A DNA stretch of 64,000 bases from Burkholderiales bacterium (GTDB lineage Bacteria; Pseudomonadota; Gammaproteobacteria; Burkholderiales; SHXO01): NCBI GenBank assembly GCA_020854105.1, contig JADZGB010000041.1:2809-66808 (forward strand), given 5' to 3'. Below are positions 46,659 through 55,904 of the stretch, in pieces. The notes beneath the pieces are model-generated. The model saw only the letters and a list, made by a program, of their open reading frames with translations. It had not been told where the DNA came from and ran no database searches. A program made the translations under genes and the position numbers. Position 1 is the first letter of the stretch. Each line of letters starts with the position of its first letter.

Positions 46659-47920
46659 GCGCCGTCCCCAGACCCGCACCGTCGTGCACGCCGGACGTGC
46701 CGCCCTTCGACCTGGCCCGCATCCGCAGCGATTTTCCGATCCTGGGCATCGAGGTGAACGGCAAGCCGCTGGCCTATCTGGACAACGCGGCCAGCGCACA
46801 GATGCCCACGCCGGTCATCGATCGCATCGTCAGCTACCAGAGGCGCGAACACGCGAACATCCACCGCGCCGTCCATTATCTTTCCGAGACCGCCACCGCG
46901 GCCTACGAGGGCGCGCGCGCGAAGGTGCAGGGCTTCCTCAACGCGAAGGAAGAGCGCGAGATCATCTACACCAGCGGCACGACCGAGGCGATCAATCTGG
47001 TCATGTACGGCTACGGCCGCAAGTTCCTCGGCGACGGCGACGAGATCATCGTGTCGCAGCTGGAGCACCACTCGAACATCGTGCCCTGGCAGATGCTGTG
47101 CGGCGAGAAGGGCTGCAGGCTGCGGGTGATTCCCTGCGACGATCGCGGCGTTCTCGACCTCGACGCCTACGAGAAGCTGTTCAACGAGCGCACCAGGTTC
47201 GTCGCCATCACGCACGTCTCCAATGCGCTCGGTACGGTCAATCCGGTCAGGGCGATGATCGCCGCCGCACATGCGCGTGGCGTGCCGGTCCTGGTCGACG
47301 GCGCCCAGGCCGCGCCGCACATCGCCGTGGACGTGCAGGAACTCGACTGCGACTTCTACTGCTTCTCGGCACACAAGCTGTGCGGTCCCACCGGCATGGG
47401 CGCCTTGTACGGCAAGGCCGCGATGCTGGAGAAGATGGCGCCCTTCAAGGGCGGCGGCGACATGATCCTGTCGGTGACGTTCGAGAAGACGACCTACGCG
47501 CCGCTGCCGGCGAAGTTCGAGGCCGGCACCCCGCACATCGCCGGTGCCGTGGCCCTGGGCGCCACCCTGGACTACCTGGCGCGGGTGGGCATGCACGACA
47601 TCGCCGCGTGGGAGCACAGTCTGCTGGAGTACGCGACCCGGCAGTTCGAGACCCTCGAGGGCGTGCGCATCATCGGCACGGCCCCGGAGAAGGCCGCGGT
47701 GCTGTCCTTCGAGGTGAAGGGCGTGCATCCGCACGATGTCGGAACCATCCTGAACGAGGAGGGCGTGGCCGTGCGCACCGGGCACCATTGCGCGCAGCCG
47801 GTGATGCAGCGCTTCCGGGTCCCCGCGACCGTGCGCGCCTCGTTCGCCTTCTACAACACCATGGCCGAGGTGGACCAGCTCGTCGCCGGAATCCGCCGCG
47901 TGCAGCAGATGTTCGCCTGA
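46655..47920 (+). CDS. sufS: Cysteine desulfurase SufS (class V aminotransferase, group II)
   Basis: ATGA overlap with sufD. YLDNAASAQ, HHSNIVPWQ, SAHKLCGPTG and RTGHHCAQP (active-site Cys). Confidence 0.95.
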   Translation: MSAVPRPAPSCTPDVPPFDLARIRSDFPILGIEVNGKPLAYLDNAASAQMPTPVIDRIVSYQRREHANIHRAVHYLSETATAAYEGARAKVQGFLNAKEEREIIYTSGTTEAINLVMYGYGRKFLGDGDEIIVSQLEHHSNIVPWQMLCGEKGCRLRVIPCDDRGVLDLDAYEKLFNERTRFVAITHVSNALGTVNPVRAMIAAAHARGVPVLVDGAQAAPHIAVDVQELDCDFYCFSAHKLCGPTGMGALYGKAAMLEKMAPFKGGGDMILSVTFEKTTYAPLPAKFEAGTPHIAGAVALGATLDYLARVGMHDIAAWEHSLLEYATRQFETLEGVRIIGTAPEKAAVLSFEVKGVHPHDVGTILNEEGVAVRTGHHCAQPVMQRFRVPATVRASFAFYNTMAEVDQLVAGIRRVQQMFA

Positions 47921-48415
47921 ATGGATTCCAAGCAGCTCTACCAGGAAGTGATCCTGGATCACAACCGCAAGCCGCGCAACTGGGGCAGGCTCGAGCGCGC
48001 CAGCCACCACGCGGAGGGCTTGAATCCGCTGTGCGGCGATCACATCTGGGTGAGCCTGGAGCTCGACGGCGACCGCGTGAGCAACGTCGCTTTCGAAGGG
48101 CAGAGCTGCGCGATCTGCAAGGCCTCCGCCTCGATGATGACTGCCAACATCAAGGGCAAGTCGGTGGGCGAGGTCGAGCAGCTCATCCGGGAGTTCCGCG
48201 ACATGGCCACGGGCAAGCTCGACGTCGCCAGGCAGAGCAACCACCTGGGGCGCCTTTCTGTGTTCGCCGGGGTCAAGGATCTGCCCTCGCGCGTGAAGTG
48301 CGCGATCCTGCCCTGGCACACCCTGCATGCCGCCTTCGCGCAGCAGGAGAGCGCCTCGACCGAAGGGGACCAGGACCCGTTCGCGGCATCGACGGCTCGA
48401 GGACGGAGCGCATGA
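47921..48415 (+). CDS. sufU: SUF-system NifU-family sulfur transfer/scaffold protein SufU
   Basis: LYQEVILDHNRKPRN, NPLCGD, GQSCAICKAS, RVKCAILPW (three Cys plus Asp ligand pattern). Confidence 0.85.
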   Translation: MDSKQLYQEVILDHNRKPRNWGRLERASHHAEGLNPLCGDHIWVSLELDGDRVSNVAFEGQSCAICKASASMMTANIKGKSVGEVEQLIREFRDMATGKLDVARQSNHLGRLSVFAGVKDLPSRVKCAILPWHTLHAAFAQQESASTEGDQDPFAASTARGRSA

Positions 48416-48514
48416 GGCACGGAAGGCATGCAGGGTCACGGATGGATGCCGGAGTGCGGCGTCGCCGGCCTGTCGTGCCGCTTCGCGACCTTCACGATGG
48501 ACGAGTTTGAGATC

Positions 48515-49096
48515 ATGCCCCGCATCGCCGAAATCGAATTCACGCCCAATCCCAACGCCCGCAAGTTCATCCTGCGTGATCCGTTGACCTATGGGATCGC
48601 GCGATCCTACGAAACCGCCGAGCAGGCCAGGGGCGACGAGCTGGCCGAGAGGCTGTTCGAGATTCCGCACGTCACCAACGTCTTCTATGTCGACTACTGG
48701 CTGACGGTTACCCAGGACGGCCGCGCACACTGGCCGGAGCTGCTGCGCCAGCTCGCCGTGCCGATCCGCGAGGCGCGCTCGGCGCAGGAGCGCTCGGAGA
48801 CGCTCATCAACGAGGGAGCAGGTCAGCTCGACGGTGTGCCCACCCTCTCTCGCGAGATGACCGAGGAGGAGCAGCAGAAGCTCGCGGTCATCCGGGATCT
48901 GCTCGACGAGCAGGTGCGGCCCTATCTCCAGGGCGACGGCGGCGACCTGCACGTGGTGGGTCTCGAAGGCAACCTGCTGAAGGTGCACTATCAGGGCGCC
49001 TGCGGCAGCTGCCCCAGCTCCATTTCCGGCACCCTGGCCGGCATCGAGAGCATGGTGCGACGCATCGATCCGGACATCGAAGTCGTGGCGATCTAG
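48515..49096 (+). CDS. Nfu-type Fe-S carrier (Nfu N-terminal domain plus NifU C-terminal CxxC domain)
   Basis: MPRIAEIEFTPNPNARKF..., C-terminal GDGGDLHVVGLEGNLLKVHYQGACGSCPSS. Alternative ATG at 48497. Confidence 0.8.
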   Translation: MPRIAEIEFTPNPNARKFILRDPLTYGIARSYETAEQARGDELAERLFEIPHVTNVFYVDYWLTVTQDGRAHWPELLRQLAVPIREARSAQERSETLINEGAGQLDGVPTLSREMTEEEQQKLAVIRDLLDEQVRPYLQGDGGDLHVVGLEGNLLKVHYQGACGSCPSSISGTLAGIESMVRRIDPDIEVVAI

Positions 49097-49171
49097 TACC
49101 GCCTCAGTGCCTCCGCCTGCGGCCTGCCGCAGGCTCTCGCCTACTACATATTGTGGTTCACGCTTCGCAAA

Positions 49172-49187
49172 GGGCAAAGATTTTGCG
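49172..49187 (+). promoter_or_regulatory. Candidate sigma-54 promoter upstream of flhB
   Basis: gGGCAaagatTTTGCg has GG and GC at the canonical -24/-12 spacing of TGGCAC-N5-TTGCW. About 120 nt upstream of the flhB ATG. Confidence 0.5.
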
Positions 49188-49308
49188 TCCACGCGCGCTT
49201 TGCGTGCTAGACTCCGCCCGCAGAGGGCAGCGTACGCCCGGCCAGGGGGGGTCGCGCGGCGCGTGAGCCACAATCCGAGCCGGCGGCATGCCGGCCGGCG
49301 GGGCGGGG

Positions 49309-50460
49309 ATGGCCGAGGACAGCGATCTCGAACGAACAGAACCTGCGTCACAGCGACGCCTGGAGCAGGCCCGGGCACGGGGTCAGGTCCCCCGTTCCCC
49401 CGAACTCACCACGTTCACGGTCCTGATCACCGCCGGCGCCGGTCTGCTGTTCCTGGGCGGGCCGCTGATGCATGCACTGACCCAGATCATGCGCGCCGGA
49501 CTCACTCTCGATCGTGGCGGCGCCTTCGATACGAGTCAGCTCGGCGTACGGCTGTTCATCGCAACGGCCGATGCGCTGATCGGACTGGCGCCCTGGTTCG
49601 TGCTGGTCGCGGTCGCCGCCATCGCGGCCTCCATGTCAGTCAGCGGCTGGCTGTTCAGCTTCGAGGCATTGCAACCCGATTTCGCCCGGCTCAGTCCGAT
49701 GCGCGGACTGAAGCGGATCTTCTCGCTGCACGGGCTGATCGAGCTCGGCAAGGCCGTGCTCAAGGCCGTACTGATTGGAGGGGTCGCTGCGTGGATCGTG
49801 TGGGACCAGCGCGCCGAGATCGTCGCGCTCGCGAACGAAGCGCTCCAGCCCAGCCTCGTGCACCTCGCCCGGATCCTCGGCTATACCTTCCTGATGGTGG
49901 CGGGCGCGCTGCTGCTGGTCGTGCTCGTGGATGTCCCGTTCCAGTTGTGGGATCACGCGCGTCAGCTGCGGATGACCAAGGAGGAGGTACGCCAGGAGGC
50001 CAAGGAGACCGAGGGCGACCCGCAGATCAAGGCGCGCATCCGCTCGCTGCAGCGGGAAGCGGCGCGCCGCAGGATGATGGCCGAGGTGCCGAAGGCGGAC
50101 GTGGTGGTGACCAACCCCGATCACTACGCTGTGGCACTGCGCTACGCGCAGGGACGCAGCGGTGCGCCGCGCGTGGTGGCCAAGGGATCGATGCTCGTGG
50201 CCGAGCGCATCATGGAACTGGCGCGCGGCTCCGGCGTACCGGTGCTGCGCGCGCCGCCACTCGCCCGTGCGCTGTTCGTGCACGCGGACCTGGGACAGGA
50301 GATCCCCTCCAGCCTGTACAACGCGGTGGCGGAAGTCCTGGCCTGGGTCTATCAGCTGCGACGCTTCCGCAGCGTGGGCGGCGAGGCGCCGCGCGAGCCG
50401 AGCGTGCACGTGCCGCCCGGCATGGATCCCGACGAAGGCCTGGCCGGAACGCCAGCGTGA
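49309..50460 (+). CDS. flhB: Flagellar export apparatus protein FlhB
   Basis: MAEDSDLERTEPASQRRLEQARARGQVPRS, four TM segments, and an autocleavage-site region reading NPDHYAVAL. Confidence 0.9.
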   Translation: MAEDSDLERTEPASQRRLEQARARGQVPRSPELTTFTVLITAGAGLLFLGGPLMHALTQIMRAGLTLDRGGAFDTSQLGVRLFIATADALIGLAPWFVLVAVAAIAASMSVSGWLFSFEALQPDFARLSPMRGLKRIFSLHGLIELGKAVLKAVLIGGVAAWIVWDQRAEIVALANEALQPSLVHLARILGYTFLMVAGALLLVVLVDVPFQLWDHARQLRMTKEEVRQEAKETEGDPQIKARIRSLQREAARRRMMAEVPKADVVVTNPDHYAVALRYAQGRSGAPRVVAKGSMLVAERIMELARGSGVPVLRAPPLARALFVHADLGQEIPSSLYNAVAEVLAWVYQLRRFRSVGGEAPREPSVHVPPGMDPDEGLAGTPA

Positions 50461-50474
50461 GCGGGAACGCATAG

Positions 50475-52559
50475 ATGGCCGAAGCGCAGATCGGCATGGG
50501 GCGGACGAGCATGAAGCAGATGGCCGGACCACTGCTCATCGTCATGATCCTGGCGATGATGGTGTTGCCCCTGCCGCCCATCGCGCTCGATCTGCTGTTC
50601 ACCTTCAACATCGCGATGTCGATGCTGGTGATGCTGGTCGCGCTGTACGTCTTCAAGCCGCTCGACTTCTCGCTGTTTCCTACCGTCCTGCTGCTCACCA
50701 CGCTGCTGCGGCTCTCGCTCAACGTCGCCTCGACGCGCGTCGTGCTGATGCAGGGCCACACCGGCCCCGACGCTGCCGGCAAGGTGATCGAAGCGTTCGG
50801 ACACTTCCTCGTGGGCAACAACTACGCGGTCGGCCTGATCGTATTCGGCATCCTGGTCATCATCAACTTCGTGGTGATCACCAAGGGCGCGGGCCGGATC
50901 GCCGAAGTGGCGGCGCGCTTCACACTCGACGCCATGCCCGGAAAGCAGATGGCGATCGATGCGGACCTCAATGCCGGGCTGATCGGCGAGGCGGAGGCGC
51001 GCAGACGCCGGCAGGACGTCGCGAAGGAGGCAGAGTTCTACGGCGCGATGGACGGTGCCAGCAAGTTCGTGCGCGGCGACGCGATCGCGGGCATCATCAT
51101 CATGCTGATCAACGTGATCGGCGGGCTGATCGTCGGCACGATGCAGCACGACCTGGGGCTGGCCGAGGCGGCGGGCATCTACACGCTGCTCGCCATCGGC
51201 GACGGTCTGGTGGCCCAGGTGCCGGCGCTGGTCATCTCGACCGCGGCGGGCATCCTCGTCACGCGCGTGTCGGCCGAGCAGGATCTCAACACGCAACTGC
51301 TCGAGCAGCTCGGCAACCGTCCGCAGGTGCTCTACATCACCGGAGCCATCCTCGGCGTGCTCGGACTGATTCCGGGAATGCCCCATGTGGCGTTCCTCTT
51401 CATCGGAGCGTCCATGGCAGGCGTGGCCTACATGCTGGAGCGGCGCGGCCGGGAACCCGAGCCGCAGGAGCCGGCCGCTGCACCGGAGGCGAAGCCTGAA
51501 CCGCAGGAGGTGTCCTGGGCCGACGTGGTGCCGATCGACGTGCTCGGCCTCGAGGTCGGCTACCGGCTGATTCCGCTGGTCGACCGCAACCAGGATGGCG
51601 AACTGCTGCGCCGCATCCGCGGCCTGCGCAAGAAGTTCGCGGCCGAGATGGGCTTCCTCGTTCCTTCCGTCCACATCCGGGACAACCTCGAGCTGCGGCC
51701 CAATGCCTACCGCATCACACTCAAGGGCGTGGAGGCAGGCAGCGGCGAGGTGTCACCGGGGATGTACATGGCGATCAACCCGGGACGGGTGCTCGGTCCG
51801 CTCGCCGGTCCGCAGACCCGGGATCCGGCATTCGGCCTGCCCGCGGTCTGGATCGAGGCCGCCAGCCGCGAGAACGCGCAGGCACTGGGCTACACGGTGG
51901 TGGACGCCAGCACCGTGGTGGCCACGCATCTGTCCAGCGTGATCCAGGCGCACGCTGCCGAGTTGCTGGGCCGCGAGGAAGCGCAGGCGCTGCTCGACCA
52001 TCTGTCGAAGGATTCGGCAAAGCTGGTGGAGGACGTGGTGCCGAAGCTGCTGCCCCTGCCCACGGTGCAGAAGGTGCTGCAGAACCTGCTGTCCGAGGGC
52101 GTCCACATCCGCGACATGCGCTCCATCCTCGAGTCCCTGGCCGAGCATGCAATCCGCACGCAGGACGCTGAAGAGCTTACGCAAGCCGTGCGCGTTGCAC
52201 TGGGCCGCACCATCCTTCAGCAGATCTTCGGCGGCACGCGCGAAGTCGAAGTGTTCTCGCTCGACCCGCAGCTCGAGCAGATCCTGACTCAGGCCAGTTC
52301 CGTGCGGGGCGCCGACGGCCCCGGACTGGAGCCGGGCCTGGCCGAGCGTCTGCTGCACCAGGCCAGCCAGCTCAGCCAGGCGCGCGAGCAGCTGGGGCAG
52401 CCCTCGGTGCTGCTGGTGCCGCCGATCCTGCGCGGACTGCTGGCACGCTTCCTCCGGCGCGCGGCGCCGCAGCTGCGCGTGGTGTCGCAGTCCGAGGTGC
52501 CGGAGAACCGGGTGATCAAGGTGGTCGCAACGCTGGGTGGCGCGGGAGGCCGTGCATGA
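50475..52559 (+). CDS. flhA: Flagellar export apparatus protein FlhA
   Basis: 694 aa. FHFLVGNNY-type block (FGHFLVGNNYAVG), FVRGDAIAG, and the cytoplasmic C-terminal domain. Confidence 0.97.
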   Translation: MAEAQIGMGRTSMKQMAGPLLIVMILAMMVLPLPPIALDLLFTFNIAMSMLVMLVALYVFKPLDFSLFPTVLLLTTLLRLSLNVASTRVVLMQGHTGPDAAGKVIEAFGHFLVGNNYAVGLIVFGILVIINFVVITKGAGRIAEVAARFTLDAMPGKQMAIDADLNAGLIGEAEARRRRQDVAKEAEFYGAMDGASKFVRGDAIAGIIIMLINVIGGLIVGTMQHDLGLAEAAGIYTLLAIGDGLVAQVPALVISTAAGILVTRVSAEQDLNTQLLEQLGNRPQVLYITGAILGVLGLIPGMPHVAFLFIGASMAGVAYMLERRGREPEPQEPAAAPEAKPEPQEVSWADVVPIDVLGLEVGYRLIPLVDRNQDGELLRRIRGLRKKFAAEMGFLVPSVHIRDNLELRPNAYRITLKGVEAGSGEVSPGMYMAINPGRVLGPLAGPQTRDPAFGLPAVWIEAASRENAQALGYTVVDASTVVATHLSSVIQAHAAELLGREEAQALLDHLSKDSAKLVEDVVPKLLPLPTVQKVLQNLLSEGVHIRDMRSILESLAEHAIRTQDAEELTQAVRVALGRTILQQIFGGTREVEVFSLDPQLEQILTQASSVRGADGPGLEPGLAERLLHQASQLSQAREQLGQPSVLLVPPILRGLLARFLRRAAPQLRVVSQSEVPENRVIKVVATLGGAGGRA

Positions 52560-52563
52560 CAAC

Positions 52564-54132
52564 ATGCTAGTGCGCAAGTTCTACGCAGAGACTTCTCGGG
52601 AAGCACTTCTCCTCGTGCGGCAGACGCTGGGCGAGGAAGCGCTGATCCTGTCGAACCGCAAGGTCGGGCGCGCGGTGGAGATCCTGGCCACGTCGCCTGC
52701 CGAGGTGCAATCGGTGACGATGTCGGCGCTGCGGCCCACCGATCTGCGGCCCGGGCCGGCGCGGCAGCAGCCCGCGCGTCCGCCGCAGCCGCCGCTCACC
52801 GCCTCGCTGCGTGCAGCCTCGCCGCCGAGCGTGCGCCCGGATCCGCGCTTCGCACGGCCCGCGCCGAAACGCCCGGCATCGGCCGCGCTGCCTGCCGCGG
52901 CAGCCTCCACACCCGCTGCGGCGTCTCCCACGGCTGCGCGCGATGAATCCTATGCCGCGCGCTACGACGAGTGGCTGTTCCGTCCTTCCGCGGACCATGG
53001 CGATGACGGCGACGCGCAGGTCCGCCTCAGTGCCGCGGCCAGACTGGCGGCGCAGCAAGCCAGCGCCATTCCGGCGATGTCCAGGCCGGCGCAGTCCGGG
53101 CCGGCGGTGTCAGGGCCGGTGGTGTCCGGGCAGCCGATGTCCCGGCCGGCGTCACCGGCAGGGGCGCCGGCCATTGGATCCCCGGCCACGTATGCGGGCG
53201 GCAGCGCAGCCGCGACCGGCTACGACGTCGTGCATGAACTGCGTCTGCTGCGCTCGCTGGTCGAAGGGCAGCTGGCGGCCTTCGCCTGGAACGACCTGAA
53301 GCGCCGCGACGCCGGCCGCAGCGAGGCGATGCGGCGCATGCTGGGCGCGGGCTTCGGCCCGGGCCTGTCGCGCGCCCTGGTGGACGAGCTGCCCGAGGGG
53401 CTGGATGGAATGCGTGCCCTGCGACTGCTCAAGACCCGGCTGCAGCAGCGGCTGCGCGTCACCCCGGCCGGGGCGAGCCTGGTCGATGCCGGCGGGATTC
53501 TCGCGCTGGTCGGGCCAACGGGGGTCGGAAAGACCACCACGGTCGCCAAGCTCGCGGCCGAATGCACCCTCAAGCACGGCGCATCCAAGCTCGCGCTGGT
53601 GACCACGGACACCTATCGCATCGGCGCGGTGGACCAGTTGCGCATCTACGGGAAGATCCTCGGCGTACCGGTGTATGCCATCCGCAACGAGGGCGACCTG
53701 CGCAGCACGCTCGAGGATCTGCGCAACCGTCATCTGGTCCTGATCGACACGGTGGGCATGAGCCAGCGCGACCGCCGCCTCGCCGACCAGGTGGCGATGC
53801 TCTCCGGCGCCACCCGGCGCGTGCAGCGCGTGCTGCTGGTCTCGGCGGTGTCGCACCTGAACGTGATCGAGGACGTGGTGCGGGCGTATCGCGGTCCGGA
53901 TCTGGCTGGCTGCATCCTGACCAAGATCGACGAGGCACTCAATCTCGGCACCGCCCTGGATGCACTGATCCGCCACGATCTGACCCTGCACTACGTCACC
54001 AATGGTCAGCGCGTCCCCGAAGACCTGCACCGGCCGAATCCGCTGTACCTGGTCGAGCGGGCCTTCCGCGAGAATCCGCAGCAGATGGAAGAGAGCGATC
54101 TGCCCTACACGATGGCCTCGGGACAGAACTGA
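52564..54132 (+). CDS. flhF: Flagellar biosynthesis GTPase FlhF
   Basis: ATG 52564 (MLVRKFYAETSREAL). SRP-type G domain GPTGVGKTTT, DTYRIGA, DTVG, TKIDE. A long Pro/Ala-rich linker separates the B domain from NG. Confidence 0.9.
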   Translation: MLVRKFYAETSREALLLVRQTLGEEALILSNRKVGRAVEILATSPAEVQSVTMSALRPTDLRPGPARQQPARPPQPPLTASLRAASPPSVRPDPRFARPAPKRPASAALPAAAASTPAAASPTAARDESYAARYDEWLFRPSADHGDDGDAQVRLSAAARLAAQQASAIPAMSRPAQSGPAVSGPVVSGQPMSRPASPAGAPAIGSPATYAGGSAAATGYDVVHELRLLRSLVEGQLAAFAWNDLKRRDAGRSEAMRRMLGAGFGPGLSRALVDELPEGLDGMRALRLLKTRLQQRLRVTPAGASLVDAGGILALVGPTGVGKTTTVAKLAAECTLKHGASKLALVTTDTYRIGAVDQLRIYGKILGVPVYAIRNEGDLRSTLEDLRNRHLVLIDTVGMSQRDRRLADQVAMLSGATRRVQRVLLVSAVSHLNVIEDVVRAYRGPDLAGCILTKIDEALNLGTALDALIRHDLTLHYVTNGQRVPEDLHRPNPLYLVERAFRENPQQMEESDLPYTMASGQN

Positions 54133-54151
54133 TGCACAGGAGGCACGCGGC

Positions 54152-55012
54152 ATGACCGAAGCGCTCGCCGACCAGGCGGCGGGACTGCGTCGTCTGATCG
54201 CGCCCGGAAGCCTGCGCGCGCTGATGGTGACGGCCGGTTCAGCCTCGCTGGCGCACGGAGTGGTGACGGCAAACATTGCGCTCGCGCTTGCCGCGCAGGG
54301 CAGGGAGGTGCTCCTGTGGGACGCAGCCGGCGGCGAGCGCAGCTGCAGCTGGCTGCTGGGCGCCGACACCGGGCTGGACCTGATGGACGCCGTGGCAGGC
54401 ACACGCGACATCGACGAGGTTGCCCCGCGCGTGCGCGCCTCGGTGCGCCTGGTGCCCGCCAGCCGCTTCTTCGCGGGCTGGCAGCGACTGCGGCCGCAGG
54501 ATCTGGGGCGCCTCGCGGACGTGCTGATCGGCCTGTCGAGCGAGGCAGACGTGTCCATCGTCGAGGCGCCGGTGGCCGGCTTCAACGCCTTGCCGCTGGC
54601 CGGCGAGGTGGCGCTGGTGGCGCGCGCCGAGCCGGATTCGATCACCCGCAGCTATCGCCTGCTCAAGCGGATCGGGATGGACGGCGGCCGTGCGCGGGCG
54701 GGGCTCATCCTGCAGGCCACGCACGACCTCGGGCACGCCCGGTCCGTCTTCGCCAATCTGGCCGCGACGTCCCGGGAGTTCCTCGGCATGCAGGTCGAAT
54801 GCCTGGGAGTGCTTCCCGATGACCCGGCGGCGGCGCGAGCGATCGCGCTGCGCCAGGCGCTGGTGGAGAGCTTCCCGGCCTGCGAGGGCGCGCGCGCGCT
54901 GCGCGCCTGCGCCGACCGGCTCATGAGCGAACCGCAGCAGGACGAACTGTCCGCCCACGCCCTGGCCGCGCGCATGGTGTCGGCGGTCCGTTCCGCCTCG
55001 CAAAGCCGGTAG
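54152..55012 (+). CDS. flhG: FlhG/FleN (MinD-family) homologue with degenerate nucleotide-binding motifs
   Basis: Position after flhF and collinear similarity to FleN (NIALALAAQGREVLLWDA, EPDSITRSYRLLKRI, GVLPDD). The deviant Walker A position reads TAGSASLAHGV instead of GKGGVGKT. Confidence 0.8.
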   Translation: MTEALADQAAGLRRLIAPGSLRALMVTAGSASLAHGVVTANIALALAAQGREVLLWDAAGGERSCSWLLGADTGLDLMDAVAGTRDIDEVAPRVRASVRLVPASRFFAGWQRLRPQDLGRLADVLIGLSSEADVSIVEAPVAGFNALPLAGEVALVARAEPDSITRSYRLLKRIGMDGGRARAGLILQATHDLGHARSVFANLAATSREFLGMQVECLGVLPDDPAAARAIALRQALVESFPACEGARALRACADRLMSEPQQDELSAHALAARMVSAVRSASQSR

Positions 55013-55056
55013 AATGCGACTCGCGAGAAGCCTTCGAGAGCCGTAGCACTTCATAC

Positions 55057-55776
55057 ATGGCCACATACACACTGACCGCGGACCAGAGCAAGCTGGTCGA
55101 GCAGATGGCGCCCCTGGTAAAGCGCATCGCCTACCATTTCATGGCGCGGCTGCCCGCCAGTGTGCACGTGGACGATCTGATCCAGGCCGGCCTGCTCGGG
55201 CTGCTCGACGCGGCCAAGAATTTCGACGACACCCAGGGGGCGCAGTTCGAGACCTATGCGATCCAGCGCATTCGCGGATCGATTCTCGACGAGCTGCGCC
55301 AGGCGGACTGGCTGCCGCGCAACGTGCGCAAGAACCTGCGGCGCATCGAGGCGGCCATCAACCTGCTCGAGCAGCGCTTCGGCCGTGCGCCGAAGGAGCA
55401 GGAACTTGCCGCCGAGATTGGCGTTCCGCTCGACGAGTACCAGCACATGCTGCTCGAGTCGCGCGGCTACCAGCTGCTGCATTACGAGGATTTCCAGGAG
55501 TCCGAGGACAGCGATTTCTTCGACGTCTTCGTCGCGCAGAACCAGGTGGGCCCCCTCGACGTGCTGGAGGATCTGCGCTTCCGGCGTGCCCTGGTCCAGG
55601 CGATCGGCGTGCTCCCCGAACGCGAGAAGATCGTCATGGGGCTGTATTACGAGCAGGAGATGAACCTCAAGGAAATCGGCGAGGTTCTCGGCGTGTCCGA
55701 ATCGCGCGTGTGCCAGCTGCACAGCCAGGCTGTCGCCCGTCTGCGATCGCGGCTGCGCAGCTACACGCAGAAGTAG
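55057..55776 (+). CDS. fliA: Flagellar sigma factor FliA (sigma-28)
   Basis: 239 aa. DDLIQAGLLGLLDAAKNFD, FETYAIQRIRGSILDELR, LNLKEIGEVLGVSESRVCQLHSQA. Confidence 0.95.
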   Translation: MATYTLTADQSKLVEQMAPLVKRIAYHFMARLPASVHVDDLIQAGLLGLLDAAKNFDDTQGAQFETYAIQRIRGSILDELRQADWLPRNVRKNLRRIEAAINLLEQRFGRAPKEQELAAEIGVPLDEYQHMLLESRGYQLLHYEDFQESEDSDFFDVFVAQNQVGPLDVLEDLRFRRALVQAIGVLPEREKIVMGLYYEQEMNLKEIGEVLGVSESRVCQLHSQAVARLRSRLRSYTQK

Positions 55777-55813
55777 GCCGCCCGAGCGGCCGCGCGGCGG
55801 GCGGGCCGCACGG

Positions 55814-55840
55814 TCAAGTTTGACCTTCCTCCGCCGTTAT
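55814..55840 (+). promoter_or_regulatory. Sigma-28 (FliA) promoter upstream of motA
   Basis: TCAAGTTT-N11-GCCGTTAT versus the consensus TAAAGTTT-N11-GCCGATAA (13 of 16 positions, exact spacing). 65 nt upstream of the motA ATG. Confidence 0.65.
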
Positions 55841-55904
55841 CTGGCTGGCCGGGCGAGCGTCGCCCTCCCACGCACCTGCCGGATCGTTCGACTACTCGCG
55901 CTTC

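Noticed and set aside
46490-49378. 962-aa minus-strand ORF across sufS, sufU and nfu
   Set aside because: It is antisense to strongly supported suf genes, low in complexity, and has no recognisable domain. Shadow ORF.
49288-50460. FlhB autocleavage site reading NPDH instead of NPTH
   Set aside because: The cleaved Asn-Pro bond and the His are retained, and a single substitution at the third position is probably within family variation. Not reportable without an alignment.
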